Origin: Macrostomum hystrix
Lineage: Eukaryota > Animalia > Platyhelminthes
Assembly (NCBI GenBank): GCA_950097015.1
Contig: CATNEN010000003.1
Span: 14,198,001 to 14,262,000 of the forward strand
Direction of reading: 5' to 3'
DNA: 64,000 nucleotides
This document shows positions 13,101 through 26,056 of the stretch, piece by piece. A program made the position numbers and the translations under genes. The stretch's first letter is position 1; each line of letters begins with the position of its first letter. The notes under the pieces are model-generated. The model had not been told where the DNA came from, did not search any database, and saw only the letters and a list, made by a program, of their open reading frames with translations.

Positions 13101-16100
13101 AGTTTAAAATTAGGAAGTTGGGAATTTCAAGACTGTAGTTTTTGGAGATATGAAATTTCTGGAATGCGAAATTTTATTAGAAGTGAACAGCCCCCTACCT
13201 TTCTAAACCAATAATTGCCTTGGCAACAAGAAGTCCTAACCTAGATTGATTGGGTACATGAGGAAGAGAGAGAATGATGACGCTCATGTAATGCACAGCC
13301 TGTACACTCCCCGGGCATGTACCATGAGCTTGTACAATGTTAAGAGTGATGCGTGGAATTTCCCAAGGCCATTCGGTGAGGAATTTCCTACATCAGTTAT
13401 AGGATGAGACTGGCGTTGCCTGAATTCGGTACTGTCCGACATTTACACTGGGCAGATTGGGAATTCTATTCGTGTTTGAGTACTCTTTGAGTACTATTTG
13501 AGAATATATTCTAGTCTACACACGATCGACCTTTCATAAACTCCCTCTTGGTTGAATTTATTATCTATCAATAAAAAATTCATCTAACATTTCACCCCTC
13601 CACCCCAATCCATTCTCACCTGACTGTCTAATCCAACTGTGAAGATCATCAGGAAGAACAGGATCGACCAAACTGGCGATAGGAAAATCTTTGTTAAAGC
13701 CTCCGGATAAACCACGAAGATTAGACCAGGACCTGAATAAAATAAATATAGATTTTTCCATATTTTATGTTCTCAATAATAACTACTAGTGGCTAGTAAT
13801 TTCACAGGTGAAATGGATTTCCCGGTCGAGGGATTTCCCGGTCGAGGGATTTCCCGGTCGAGGGATTTCCCGGTCGAGGGATTTCCCAATCATGGAATTT
13901 TTCTCGGTCGAGGGATTTCCCAATCATGGAATTTTTCTCGGTCGAGGGATTTCCCGGTCGAGGGATTTCCCGGTCGAGGGATTTCCCGGTCGAAGGATTT
14001 CTCTATTAGGGAGTTTCCTGACTTAGGGATTTCCCATTCGTGACTAACCTGTCTGAAGGATTTCTCAAGAGTTTCCCAATCGAAGCCAACAAACCTTGAT
14101 CAACAACATCCTCAATAGGCGACCCAGTCTCGAATTGAATGAATCCAATGATAGAAAATATCACAAGTCCGGCAAAGACGCTAGTGCCGCAGTTCAACAA
14201 TGGCACAATGATCGCGTCGCGTAAGCAATTATTTTGAAACCGATTGTACGAAGACATTGTAATGAGGGCGCCCCATGCGGCTCCGACGGAATAGAAAATC
14301 TGCATGGCGGCGTCGCCCCACACGGTAAGATCTGCCAGCTTGTGCCACTTCGGCAGCAAGTAGAGCTTCAGGCCGTTGGCAGCGCCAGGAAGAGTGACGC
14401 CGCGAATGCACAGCAGAATCAGGACCAGGTAGGGGAAGATTGCGGTGACGTAGACAACCTTGCCGGAGCTCTTGACTCCCCGAACCAGGCAGAGAAACAC
14501 GAGAACCCATGCCACTAGCAGGCTGGCGAACAGCTCCCACCGAACTCCTCCGAGATCTTCAATGCCGGCTGTGACGTTCAGCACGCGGTATTTCCAGAAT
14601 TCTTCACTGGGCGTGACCTGGGATTGGTTTGGCCAAGAGGTCGGGAGTTCAAATTCGCAATTCCCTAAATTCCCCAGGGCTTCAGTTTACTGAGCCGTAA
14701 AATTAATGTCATTTGGGATCAATTAGCTGCAGCTTCTACTGGATGTCTCTCATCTCTCCCGTGTCTCATCTCTCCCGTGTCTCATCTCTCCCGTGTCTCA
14801 TCTCTCCCGTGTCTCATCTCTCCCGAGTCTCATCTCTCCCGAGTCTCATCTCTCCCGAGTCTCATCTCTCCCGTGTCTCATCTCTCCCGTGTCTCATCTC
14901 TCCCGTGTCTCATCTCTCCCGTGTCTCATCTCTCCCGTGTCTCATCTCTCCCGTGTCTCATCTCTCCCGTGTCTCATCTCTCCCGTGTCTCATCTCTTCC
15001 GTGTCTCATCTCTCCCGTGTCTCATCTCTCCCGTGTCTCATCTCTCCCGTGTCTCATCTCTCCCGAGTCTCATCTCTCCCGTGTCTAATCTCTCCCGTGT
15101 CTCATCTCTCCCGAGTCTCATCTCTCCCGTGTCTCATCTCTCCTGTGTCTCATCTCTCCCGTGTCTCATCTCTCCCGTGTCTCATCTCTCCCGTGTCTCA
15201 TCTCTCCCGTGTCTCATCTCTCCCGTGTCTCATCTCTCCCGTGTCTCATCTCTCCCGTGTCTCATCTCTCCCGAGTCTCATCTCTCCCGAGTCTCATCTC
15301 TCCCGTGTCTCATCTCTCCCGTGTCTCATCTCTCCCGTGTCTCATCTCTCCCGTGTCTCATCTCTCCCGTGTCTCATCTCTCCCGTGTCTCATCTCTCCC
15401 GTGTCTCATCTCTCCCGTGTCTCATCTCTTCCGTGTCTCATCTCTCCCGTGTCTCATCTCTCCCGTGTCTCATCTCTCCCGTGTCTCATCTCTCCCGAGT
15501 CTCATCTCTCCCGTGTCTAATCTCTCCCGTGTCTCATCTCTCCCGAGTCTCATCTCTCCCGTGTCTCATCTCTCCTGTGTCTCATCTCTCCCGTGTCTCA
15601 TCTCTCCCGTGTCTCATCTCTCCCGTGTCTCATCTCTCCCGTGTCTCATCTCTCCCGTGTCTCATCTCTCCCGTGTCTCATCTCTCCCGTGTCTAATCTC
15701 TCCCGTGTCTCATCTCTCCCGAGTCTCATCTCTCCCGTGTCTCATCTCTCCCGTGTCTCATCTCTCCCGTGTCTCATCTCTCCCGAGTCTCATCTCTCCC
15801 GTGTCTCATCTCTCCCGTGTCTCATCTCTCCCGTGTCTCATCTCTCCCGTGTCTCATCTCTCCCGAGTCTCATCTCTCCCGTGTCTCATCTCTCCCGTGT
15901 CTCATCTCTCCCGTGTCTCATCTCTCCCGTGTCTCATCTCTCCCGTGTCTCATCTCTCCCGTGTCTCATCTCTCCCGTGTCTCATCTCTCCCGTGTCTCA
16001 TCTCTCCCGTGTCTCATCTCTCCCGTGTCTCATCTCTCCCGTGTCTCATCTCTCCCGTGTCTCATCTCTCCCGAGTCTCATCTCTCCCGTGTCTCATCTC

Positions 16101-17250
16101 TCCCGAGTCTCATCTCTCCCGTAATCTACCAAAAGTGCATACCTGTCTCTTCAGTGTGAAATTCGAAATTCCCGCTTCAACGTCCAGCAGGCTCGAATTC
16201 GCAGCGGTTTCGTCGTCACCGGCGTTGCGCTGAGCGCAGCTGGCGGTGTTCCAGTAGTTGCGGCAGCTGGCCCACGGTAGCTGGGATCGGAAACTGCTCA
16301 CCAAGTAGAACAGAGTCCAGGCTATGATGACATTGTAGTAGATGCAGACCAAGCCAGATATGATCACCATGCCGTAGCCGAGCCCCTTGAAGATCGGGCA
16401 CACCTTCCAGATTGCGATGGGGCTCAGCGAGCTGAACTGGCCGAAGCTCATCTCCAGGAAGACGAGCGGCATGCCGCATAGGATCAGAAAGCAGAAATAG
16501 GGGATTAGAAAGGCGCCTAGAATGTGATTTTGAGAAATGAGAGGAATAAGAAATATGTTTTACTTTGTGACACAACAACCCAATAAACCCCTCCAATTTT
16601 GTATGAGAGGGAATTGCCGAGGAGATTCCTGGTCGAGGGATTTTCTTGGTCGAGGAATTTCGCGTTCGAGGGATTTTCCAATGGAGGGCTATCCAATCGA
16701 GGGATTTCCTGGTTGACGGATTTTCTGGTCGGGAGATTTCCCACTCGAGGGGTTTCCTGATCAATGGATTTCCCAGTCAAGGCATTACCCAGTCGAGGGA
16801 TTTCCCAATCAAATGATTTCCCGTTCGAGCGATTTACTGGCGAAGGGATTTCCCAGTCGAGGAATGTCCCTGTCGAAGGATTTCCTGGTCGAAGGATTTC
16901 CCTGTCGAAGGATTTTTTGGTCGTGAGATTTCTCTGTAAGGAAGGAAGTGGTTTCCCTTGTGGCACAACAACTCACCGCCTCCGTTCTTGTAGCAGAGGT
17001 AGGGAAATCGCCAGATATTGCCGAGTCCCACAGCGTAGCCAATGCAGGACAGCAGAAAGTCCATCCTGCCAGTCCAGTTGCCCCGCTGTTGATTCTCATC
17101 GCCAATGAATTCCACTTCAAGCGGCTGGTCTAGCTTGTCTTTTAGCGCCACATCAGGGGAGGTCATTGCGTCAGTCATCTGAACTGAGGCAGCGGCGGCC
17201 TCGTCACGGTCGATGCCAGTCTTGGAGAATTCGAAATCAGGATCAGTCAT
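10174..17250 (-). CDS. SLC6 Na+/Cl- neurotransmitter:sodium symporter, glycine-transporter-like, 7 coding exons
   Basis: Exons 17250-16977, 16516-16143, 14617-14095, 13732-13620, 11800-11569, 11333-11233, 10635-10174, all GT-AG. Motifs: [66 protein letters not shown] (TM6 Trp as in GlyT/ProT), [19 protein letters not shown]. Confidence 0.93.
10660..11180. repeat. 36-bp minisatellite filling SLC6 intron 6
   Basis: (ATGACCAAATGGCTGACCAGATGGCAGGATGGGGCA)n. Confidence 0.95.
11421..11483 (+). mobile_element. Truncated copy of tRNA-derived SINE family B
   Basis: GGTCCATGAGTTCGATTCCACAGCGAGGCCACATTCATTTG..GGGGCTTGTCATG aligns with the copies at 28790 and 46246, and has an intact B box GTTCGATTCC. 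Confidence 0.65.
12040..13060. repeat. 16-bp minisatellite (TTTGAAAGTTAGGGGA)n in SLC6 intron 4
   Basis: Direct tandem repeat with degenerate flanks. Confidence 0.95.
13815..14035. repeat. 16-bp minisatellite (GGTCGAGGGATTTCCC)n in SLC6 intron 3
   Basis: Tandem repeat of the same family as 16625-16925. Confidence 0.9.
14744..16121. repeat. 16-bp minisatellite (GTGTCTCATCTCTCCC)n in SLC6 intron 2
   Basis: About 86 units. The family also occurs at 34800, 50510, 54400 (reverse) and 61605. Confidence 0.97.
16625..16925. repeat. Degenerate (GGTCGAGGGATTTCCC)n in SLC6 intron 1
   Basis: More diverged array of the 13815 family. Confidence 0.8.
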
Positions 17251-20200
17251 TGCGCTGAATCGCGTTCTGCAGATGAAGTCAGCAACTCTGGAATGAGACC
17301 TATTTAAACACGGCTGAGAAAAGTCGGTTGGGGTTGGTTGTGGTCCGGTTCTGTTTCTACCTAGCAATGCGGGAGGGAAGGCTCTGTTTTATTCGTACAT
17401 GAGCACAGCAGATGGGATGGGGCAAGAGAGGCCAGGGCGAGAAGGAGAGAGAAGTGATGGCGATAGCGAGGCGGCGTTTGGGGAAAAACCCGTCAGACAA
17501 AGCTGCTTATAGACTGCAGATGACGCTAACATGGGGGAGAGGAAGGTGACTGGGATTTTCCATTCCAGTTTCCCCGCCTCCAAACTTCTCCTTCCTCTCC
17601 CCAAGTGATTAGGCCCGTCTCATTGCTTGAGCTGAGATAGAGACTTCCGATCAAGGCATAGGGCCTCCCTGTGGGACATGCCGAATTGGCTGCTTCGTGT
17701 GAGCCCTATACTGTAATTAAAAGTTCACAATAACAACAGCCTTCAGTATTCAGCAATCGCGTTTCGCACGTGAGTCAGGACTGAGCTGAGTGTCTTTCGC
17801 ATGGGGAAATCCAACCTAGTTTGCCGGACTGGCTTGGTCGTCTCTGATTGGCTGCAATCCCAAACCCCCCGCGCGTGCACGAGGGACACGCATTCTAGGC
17901 GTGATCGTCACACCCACCCCATCTCCGCCAGAGCCAGCTAATTCCGGTTCTAGCCGGTCGCAGAGCTGATCGTCCTAACCACCCCAAAACTGACTCTACA
18001 GTCCGTTTCATCCTTCATCCTCTTCCATCTTGCCCCATCCCCTTCAAATCCGGTTCAAGCTGGAATCTGACAAGAAGAGAGACAGGCAGAAGTGAAGTAG
18101 CGGCTACTAAATTGATAAACAGGTTTTAAATCATCTTCCATTAGCTAGCCGAACCATTTTAGGAAATTTCGGACCAAGGAGCAGCTGTTGCAGACAGCTA
18201 GCGAGGGCTTAGAGTCTGTATCCAAGTATTTGGCCCTGATAACTAACTATCTTGTTTACGCAACAGTTTTTCTTAATAAAATATGCATTTCATGACGTCT
18301 TTTGGAATTTTCTGGATAAACTGATCCATTTTAAATATAACCCATTACTTGAGAGTCCTGATGCAGTCTCTAGTGTCAATCGCATCCATTCATATAAGCG
18401 CCCATCCATCTCTCCATATTGGTGCAATTCTAAAGATCTATCGTACGAAGAGTTGCTATTTTAAAGGATTAGCTAGTATCTTGGAGAATAACAAACGTCC
18501 CACGACAAAATTAATGATCAGAATTATGATTTATGGTCAGAAATATTGCGAGCTGTTGTCCAGAACAACTTTAGATCTCAATATGTCGCATTTGCACTAG
18601 ACTCTACTGCATAGATCGCTGACAAAAATGGTTTACGAGCTTTCAATATTAGTTCTAGGGCGAAACATAGGCCTCAATTTATTTTACGTCCTTAATTTTT
18701 TTGGCTCTTTTAGATCTAAAAATGTAAAGTCTAGGTGGAATATGATTTTATTTAAGCAATCCGATTTTAAGAAACAATCATTTATATCGGAAGATTAATT
18801 GCAATTATAAGGATTTTGTTTAAATTGTGATGTCGCCATTCTTCAGCTTAACGCTTCAGAAGGTGGTACCGGCTCCCAAGGGATTGAAAGGGAGAACCGG
18901 GTCTCATCCCTCCGCAATACTCCACCTCTGATGATGACATTGGTAGCTTTTGGGTGCGACTCAGTGGCTAAGATTCCAGGGAGCAGCCCGAGCTTTGACA
19001 GATAACCCGATAACGTGCACCACCAACCGGACGGTGATTGGTGGGAACGGAAGGGAATTGGGTGGACACGTGGGATGTTTTATTGTCTAAAAGTTGACAG
19101 TTAATAGTTCGGGATGATTTATGACAAAAAAACAGAGAGGAGATGACAAACAAACAAACAAATGGAGGGTGGTGGGTGAATTTGACAGGAAAAATGAAAA
19201 TGATTTACGAACGCTGGAGGGGTCAAGGTCAAGGGAAAAAGGGTGAGTCATCGGGAAGGGGTAAGGGAGGGTGAATTCTGGGATAATTAATTAACCTGAC
19301 TAAAAAATAGATTAATGCCTCTTGAATTGCTGTTACATCAGTTGTTTATTGCATCTGGAAGCCCAGCTAGACTGTATGGTGCATTCTCGAGTAGGCGTGC
19401 TCGGATCTGTAATGCTTTGATATCCGTACACTTCGGTATTATGTGTAAGAATTATAGCAGAAAAAAAGAATATCTTGAAGGGTTAGTTTCAATTGAATTT
19501 GAATTTAGTTTTAATTATCGTGAAAGTTCTTTTTAACAAACTAACTATTATGCAGCGACAATTCGCTCAAACCTACATTACTTTAAGTTACCATCTAAAC
19601 GCCAAGAATACTTTTAACATAATTTGAATTCATAATTGCAATTCAGTAGTCCCTGTTATGTGTTTTTTCTTAATATTCAATTTCACTGGCCTGGAGATGA
19701 ATCTCGAAATGGTTTAAAGTCTAAATTTAAATTTTGACCTTTGATTTAAAGAAGGTAAAAAGTACATGCAATAAGAAACCTTATTTTGTACCCTACAAAC
19801 CTTTTATATGAACATTGGCTGTTCCTGCTTGATTCAGGCCCTAGTATATAAGTGTGAGTATATTTATTTATGAATAGTCTTAATAGTCTTATCGACAGTA
19901 AGGCAGTCAACGAATACATGCAAGGTGTGCTTGCCTTCAGTATAAACTTGCAAAGAGCCTAGTAAAATACATATAGGACAAGAAAAATTGACGTAAAAAA
20001 GATTATTTTATTATTTTTGGGTGAATCTTTTCTTAGTAAGAGTCAGGACTTTCATTGATTTCTTTTGATGAATGTATGAATGTAGTTACTTTTGCTGAAT
20101 AGCTAAGCTAACTAGTAACTATTATTGTACAAAGCTGTCCCATTTCATTCATTAGGTCACTCAATAAAGTATTTATTTAGAATCTGCTAATTTATATTTT

Positions 20201-20843
20201 ACTCTCACAGTAAAATTATAGGCTTAGGGATAAAGTAACTTTCCTTTGTCATAGTCCTTTTACAAACAATTACCTTTTTGATTTTCTTTCCTTTTCTTTT
20301 TTTTCATGTACACTAAATAATCTTAAAACTGTGTCATATACTTTTATGAAGCTTTTGTTCCTTGTTTAACTTGATCTGTTTTTTCATGTCTGATTCATTG
20401 ACATTGGTATCTTGTTATAATTTCATTCAGCATAAGTAAATGTCCACTATTTATTAAAATCACATATCAGTGTATGTTTATGTGCTTAAAGCTTATATCT
20501 AGAATAATTATTTAAGTAAGTATAAATCACAACATGAAATGTTTAGGCTATATATTGCATATTATATTTTGTATTAGCATATTACATTTAATGCATAAAT
20601 TGTGTAAATTATATAACTGTCTCTAGTTCTAGCCAACTTGAACCTAATTAATTTTGCTCATATTTTAATTAATTTAGTAGTATGTACTTTATACATTTAT
20701 TGCTAAAAAATATCACATCTAAATGTAAGTCTTTTAGAGACAGAAGATTGTGTACTGAAGCTTGATATGATACAACTATCCAGCACACTCATTCATTTAC
20801 TTCATGCAGAAAGTTAAACATTTTCTCATATTTTCTCCAGGCA

Positions 20844-21794
20844 ATGATCAACAGCAACAGTGTCAATGGCGGCGACATTGTGGGCTTCAACCTGCCGTCG
20901 TCAATAGCTGACCGACGCCTAACAAGCTTGCTAACCACTGGCCAACTAGTTCAAGGAGCCGACGGCGATATCTATGTTGTACTATTGCCGCAGCAGCAGC
21001 AGCAGCAGCAGCACCTTGATGCTCCAACGTCATTGCAGCTGCCTCACACAGCGCCACCTCTACCGTCTCCGACACTGCCTCTCCCTCTTGAAGCAGTCCA
21101 ATACGCGAAGCGAATCAAGCGATCCCCTAGCGGCAGTTCCCGATCATCTTTGCCAGCAACTGCAACAGCATCAACTGCAGCTTCAACGAGTTATTTGGCA
21201 GAAACTTCCACAAAATCCGGATCTTTAAAATCAGTGCGCAGCAAGTCTTCTACTGCTAGTGCAAAAGCGTCGACGCCATATTCGGCGGCAGCGGCTTCGG
21301 CCGCCGCGGTGGCGGCTGATCGCCGACTCAGTCACAACGAAGTCGAACGCAGGCGACGCGACAAGATCAACGCCCTTATTGGCCAGCTAGCGGAACTCAT
21401 GCCAGGCGTTGGCCCCGAGGACGCCGACTCTGCCGCTTCTGCTTCCGGCTGTAATCGAACCGGATCGAAACCGTCAGCTGCTTCTGCTGCTGCTTCTGGT
21501 CCGTCTTCGAGTTCCTGGTGCTCTCTACCGAAGTCGGCTGTCCTAGATCGCGCCGTAGCCTATTTCGATCGGGTCCGCCTCGAAGAGATTCGATTGGTTC
21601 GCGAGCGCGACAATCTCAGGACTCGTTTAGCTGAGCTGGAGTCTAAGTCTGATGATTTATTAGCCGAGAATACTCGCCTAAGACTGCAGTTAAGGTTGGA
21701 ATCTGTTGAAGCGGAGGCTAATGTTAAAGTTTTCGAATGTGAGGACACTGCCGATGCCGCCACACTGCAGGTCAATGTTGAAGAATCTGTTTAA
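20844..21794 (+). CDS. USF: USF-like bHLH-leucine zipper transcription factor, uninterrupted ORF
   Basis: The basic region RRLSHNEVERRRRDKIN is USF-diagnostic. Helix 2 is KSAVLDRAVAYF, followed by a leucine heptad zipper. The N-terminal GDIYVVLLPQ and TPYS resemble USF conserved boxes. The ATG lies 3 nt after a pyrimidine-rich AG acceptor. Confidence 0.88.
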   Translation: MINSNSVNGGDIVGFNLPSSIADRRLTSLLTTGQLVQGADGDIYVVLLPQQQQQQQHLDAPTSLQLPHTAPPLPSPTLPLPLEAVQYAKRIKRSPSGSSRSSLPATATASTAASTSYLAETSTKSGSLKSVRSKSSTASAKASTPYSAAAASAAAVAADRRLSHNEVERRRRDKINALIGQLAELMPGVGPEDADSAASASGCNRTGSKPSAASAAASGPSSSSWCSLPKSAVLDRAVAYFDRVRLEEIRLVRERDNLRTRLAELESKSDDLLAENTRLRLQLRLESVEAEANVKVFECEDTADAATLQVNVEESV

Positions 21795-23261
21795 GGCCTT
21801 CAGTCTGTTTGTTCTGGTCGATTTAAGTTAATTTTTGCATACTTAGCGATTATAAATGAATCAATGATACATTTTTCTTGTTAGCCTTCTAGCATCGATC
21901 TCACGGGACCAACGTGCCCTAATTTTGCTATTTTCATGTTTTTACCTTGAAGCTACATGTGAATTTTCTGGTGTAATCGTGATCACGAAGGGACATTTTA
22001 ATATGGATTATGTTATTTTAGAAGAGCTAGAGAAATTTTTTGCAGAACTTTAGTTTGTTGTGTTTTTTCGTTATTTTTCCGGGTTTACGTAACTTATAAA
22101 TTTTGTCGTATTTTGTCGTCCTGCTGATATTGATAATAGTTTAAATAAATATGATAAAATAGGTTTAAGCGTTCCATTTTTTTACAAAATTTTCGCCTTA
22201 GAATAAAATGGATCGAATACTACGAGTATAAAACTTAACAAGAAGATTCTCGTAGTTAACTATAGCTAAGGTTGTAGACTTTCAGGATCACGACTAAAAT
22301 ATTTTTGTTCTTGCATACCTTTCTTTCATCTGTGATTAAATTATAGTAACTTTTTATAGCTGGACTTCGCAATTTAACTAAGTTAAAAATAAAGGAAACA
22401 CGATATATCGATTAGCGACTGAAACTAATTTGATAGCTTGTTTGGCACGTTTAATTACGAGTATATACATAATACCTGCTTCGGAAAAATCAGCTGAAAA
22501 ACATGTATGCTTGACAGAATTACATTAATTTTTATTTTATTATCTATAAGATAATAATAGTAATAATATGTACCATACTATTGGAACTACTTCGCGGTGC
22601 TAGTTTTTTATTATAAGGTTTAAAATCGAGTGCTTAATTACATCTCAGTTCTAGCTTATCTTTGCTTTCAACGATGAAATAAATGCAGTGACGTCATTCA
22701 TTTTGCCTATTTGTTAACTGTTATATAAAATCATTTCGGAAATATTTACAGCACTACTTATTATAGAGCAGTAGTAAACTCGTCATGCACTTATATTATT
22801 ATATTGGATTTAATATTTTTCTAGCGCTGCAAGTATTTAACACTTTTTTCTGAACTTCAAGTACTTTTATGAAACTTTTAGTTCGTATAATTTAGATTGG
22901 ATTATTAGAAACTAGAAACATTCATATTTTGTCTTCATTAACTTTCACTTGCTAAAACTTTATCTTTAAAGAAAAAAGTTTCTGTCAGTTAAATAAAACT
23001 AACGATGCGTTCTGTGTTTGGTCCTCAGATCATGCTGTTTTATTACTGTGCGATAATTCATGTTTGGAAAAGCTAAATATAAGAGCAATCATGTTCTCCG
23101 TCTAAAAGCTATATGACTTCAGTTGTATTGTGTCATACAAAACTTAAGCTGAGTATCTCAGGATTTTAATTAAGCACGACGATGTTCATCCTGGTATCCG
23201 AGAGAACGATGCTTGGCATCCTAGATGATGTAATTTAATCATCTAGACCATTTAATACTCT

Positions 23262-24558
23262 AAACCTTGGGAACTGGGATGATGAGTGCTCAAACCTTGG
23301 GAACTGGGATGATGAGTGCTCAAACCTTGGGAACTGGGATGATGAGTGCTCAAACCTTGGGAACTGGGATGATGAGTGCTCAAACCTTGGGAACTCAGAT
23401 GGTGAGTGCTCAAACCTTGGGAACTGGGATGATGAGTGCTCAAACTTTGGGAACTGGGATGATGAGTGCTCAAACCTTGGGAACTGGGATGATGAGTGCT
23501 CAAACCTTGGGAACTGGGATGATGAGTGCTCAAACTTTGGGAACTGGGATGATGAGTGCTCAAACCTTGGGAACTGGGATGGTGAGTGCTCAAACCTTGG
23601 GAACTGGGATGATGAGTGCTCAAACCTTGGGAACTGGGATGATGAGTGCTCAAACCTTGGGAACTGGGATGATGAGTGCTCAAACCTTGGGAACTGGGAT
23701 GGTGAGTGCTCAAACCTTGGGAACTGGGATGATGAGTGCTCAAACCTTGGGAACTGGGATGATGAGTGCTCAAACCTTGGGAACTGGGATGATGAGTGCT
23801 CAAACCTTGGGAACTGGGATGATGAGTGCTCAAACCTTGGGAACTGGGATGATGAGTGCTCAAACTTTGGGAACTGGGATGATGAGTGCTCAAACCTTGG
23901 GAACTGGGATGATGAGTGCTCAAACCTTGGGAACTGGGATGATGAGTGCTCAAACCTTGGGAACTGGGATGATGAGTGCTCAAACCTTGGGAACTGGGAT
24001 GATGAGTGCTCAAACCTTGGGAACTGGGATGATGAGTGCTCAAACCTTGGGAACTGGGATGATGAGTGCTCAAACCTTGGGAACTGGGATGATGAGTGCT
24101 CAAACCTTGGGAACTGTGATGATGAGTGCTCAAACCTTGGGAACTGGGATGATGAGTGCTCAAACCTTGGGAACTGGGATGATGAGTGCTCAAACCTTGG
24201 GAACTGGGATGATGAGTGCTCAAACCTTGGGAACTGGGATGATGAGTGCTCAAACCTTGGGAACTGGGATGATGAGTGCTCAAACCTTGGGAACTGGGAT
24301 GATGAGTGCTCAAACCTTGGGAACTGGGATGATGAGTGCTCAAACCTTGGGAACTGGGATGATGAGTGCTCAAACCTTGGGAACTGGGATGATGAGTGCT
24401 CAAACCTTGGGAACTGGGATGATGAGTGCTCAAACCTTGGGAACTGGGATGATGAGTGCTCAAACCTTGGGAACTGGGATGATGAGTGCTCAAACCTTGG
24501 GAACTGGGATGATGAGTGCTCAAACCTTGGGAACTGGGATGATGAGTGCTCAAACCTT
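23262..24558. repeat. Highly homogeneous 30-bp minisatellite (CAAACCTTGGGAACTGGGATGATGAGTGCT)n
   Basis: About 43 nearly identical units between the convergent USF and cut genes. Confidence 0.97.
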
Positions 24559-25539
24559 TAGCTTTTTAAGCCTCGCGTTTTCTAGTCATTGTGTTTTCAA
24601 TCTGAGAATTGAGGAAAACTGCTGCAAAAAGTAAGTTGTGTGAAAAGCATGAATTAAGCACTGAGTATTATCATCAGCTAAGAGCTCGTACTTGATTGAC
24701 GAGCTTGTGTGTAAAAAATTACCGAAAACCTGGTTCTCGTTATTACTCAATTTAATGAAAACGAATGTTAAAATAATTTGTTTAAATACACGAAATAACA
24801 ACTTGAGCATTTACAATTTGTGCACAAAGACAACTGTACTATTAGTAAAGCTACTATATATACTTCAGAGAAGTACAAAGTTAAGAGCGTACACCTGTAC
24901 AAATGGACATTAAGAATTTAGATAAAAAACAGTTTCGTTGATAAAAATGCATACAATAGTGAAACTAAAAATAGTGCAGTGTTAATGAAAGGGCATTCAT
25001 TATTTACTACTTAATACAAGTAGAACAGTCGTTAAATATTTTAGTCCACGCAAACTAACAAACAGATAAACAATTAAAAACTATAAAAAAAGTTAAGTCG
25101 ATCGTTAAAAAAGAAATACAAAAAGCGCCACTTTCTCAGAAAAGTACACTGCTTTGTGATATGTTGTATCGAGGCACAAAACAGAGATAAGGCTTTAAAA
25201 AATCTAATCTAAAAACGGTTGCTGACATTATACATGCATTTTGCTTGAAAGAAAATCAGATAAAGGAATAAGTGGATGTCAATAGGAAGGCTGGAAGAGA
25301 GAGTTTAGTGACAGATTGTTTTAAGTTCAGAAGCACCATTATTCAATACATGAAGCGGTAAATCTTCTGCATGTATTCAAATTAGGAAATTAAAATAGGA
25401 GTTTGTAACAGAAATAAAAGCAAACATCAGGCTTAAATGGAAATGTTTAAATATAGTAGGCACAACGTTGGATTGAATCGGTCAAACTTAAGTTATGGGA
25501 GATCTTGGGCCCATATATAGGTTATAGATCCCACATTCG

Positions 25540-25982
25540 GCTTATAGATCTCCCATACGCGTTCTAGATCTCCCATTATGGATCTAGATCTCCCATTACA
25601 GTTCTAGATCTCCCATTCTAGTTCTAGATCTCCCATTCTAGTTCTAGATATCCCATTCTAGTTCTAGATCTCCCATTCTGGATCTAGATCTCCCATTATG
25701 GATCTAGATCTCCCATTCTAGTTCTAGATCTCCCATTCTAGTTCTAGATCTCCCATTCTAGTTCTAGATCTCCCATTCTAGTTCTAGATCTCCCATTCCA
25801 GTTCTAGATCTCCTATTCTAGTTCTAGATCTCCCATTCTAGTTCTAGATCTCCCATTCTAGTTCTAGATCTCCCATTCTAGTTCTAGATCTCCCATTCTA
25901 GTTCTAGATCTCGGATTCTAGTTCTAGATCTCGGATTCTAGTTCTAGATCTCCCATTTTAGTTCTAGATCGCCCATTCTAGT
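25540..25982. repeat. 20-bp minisatellite (CTAGTTCTAGATCTCCCATT)n just 3' of the cut stop
   Basis: Direct tandem repeat. Confidence 0.93.
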
Positions 25983-26056
25983 ATATCCCACTGACTATTT
26001 ACATCGGAGTACAGAGTGCTAAAGTAATAGTAAAAAGTACTTTAATATCCAACTCG

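Noticed and set aside
14713-16233. Long [16 protein letters not shown] ORFs (also at 50552, 54331 and 61444)
   Set aside because: They come from the 16-bp satellite lying in introns or a MITE.
18874-18883. Perfect COE site TCCCAAGGGA upstream of SLC6 and USF
   Set aside because: Only eight positions are specified, so about one hit is expected by chance in 64 kb.
23252-24634. 433/455-aa ORFs on both strands
   Set aside because: These are translations of a stop-free 30-bp satellite. The near-identity of units shows no codon-position bias.
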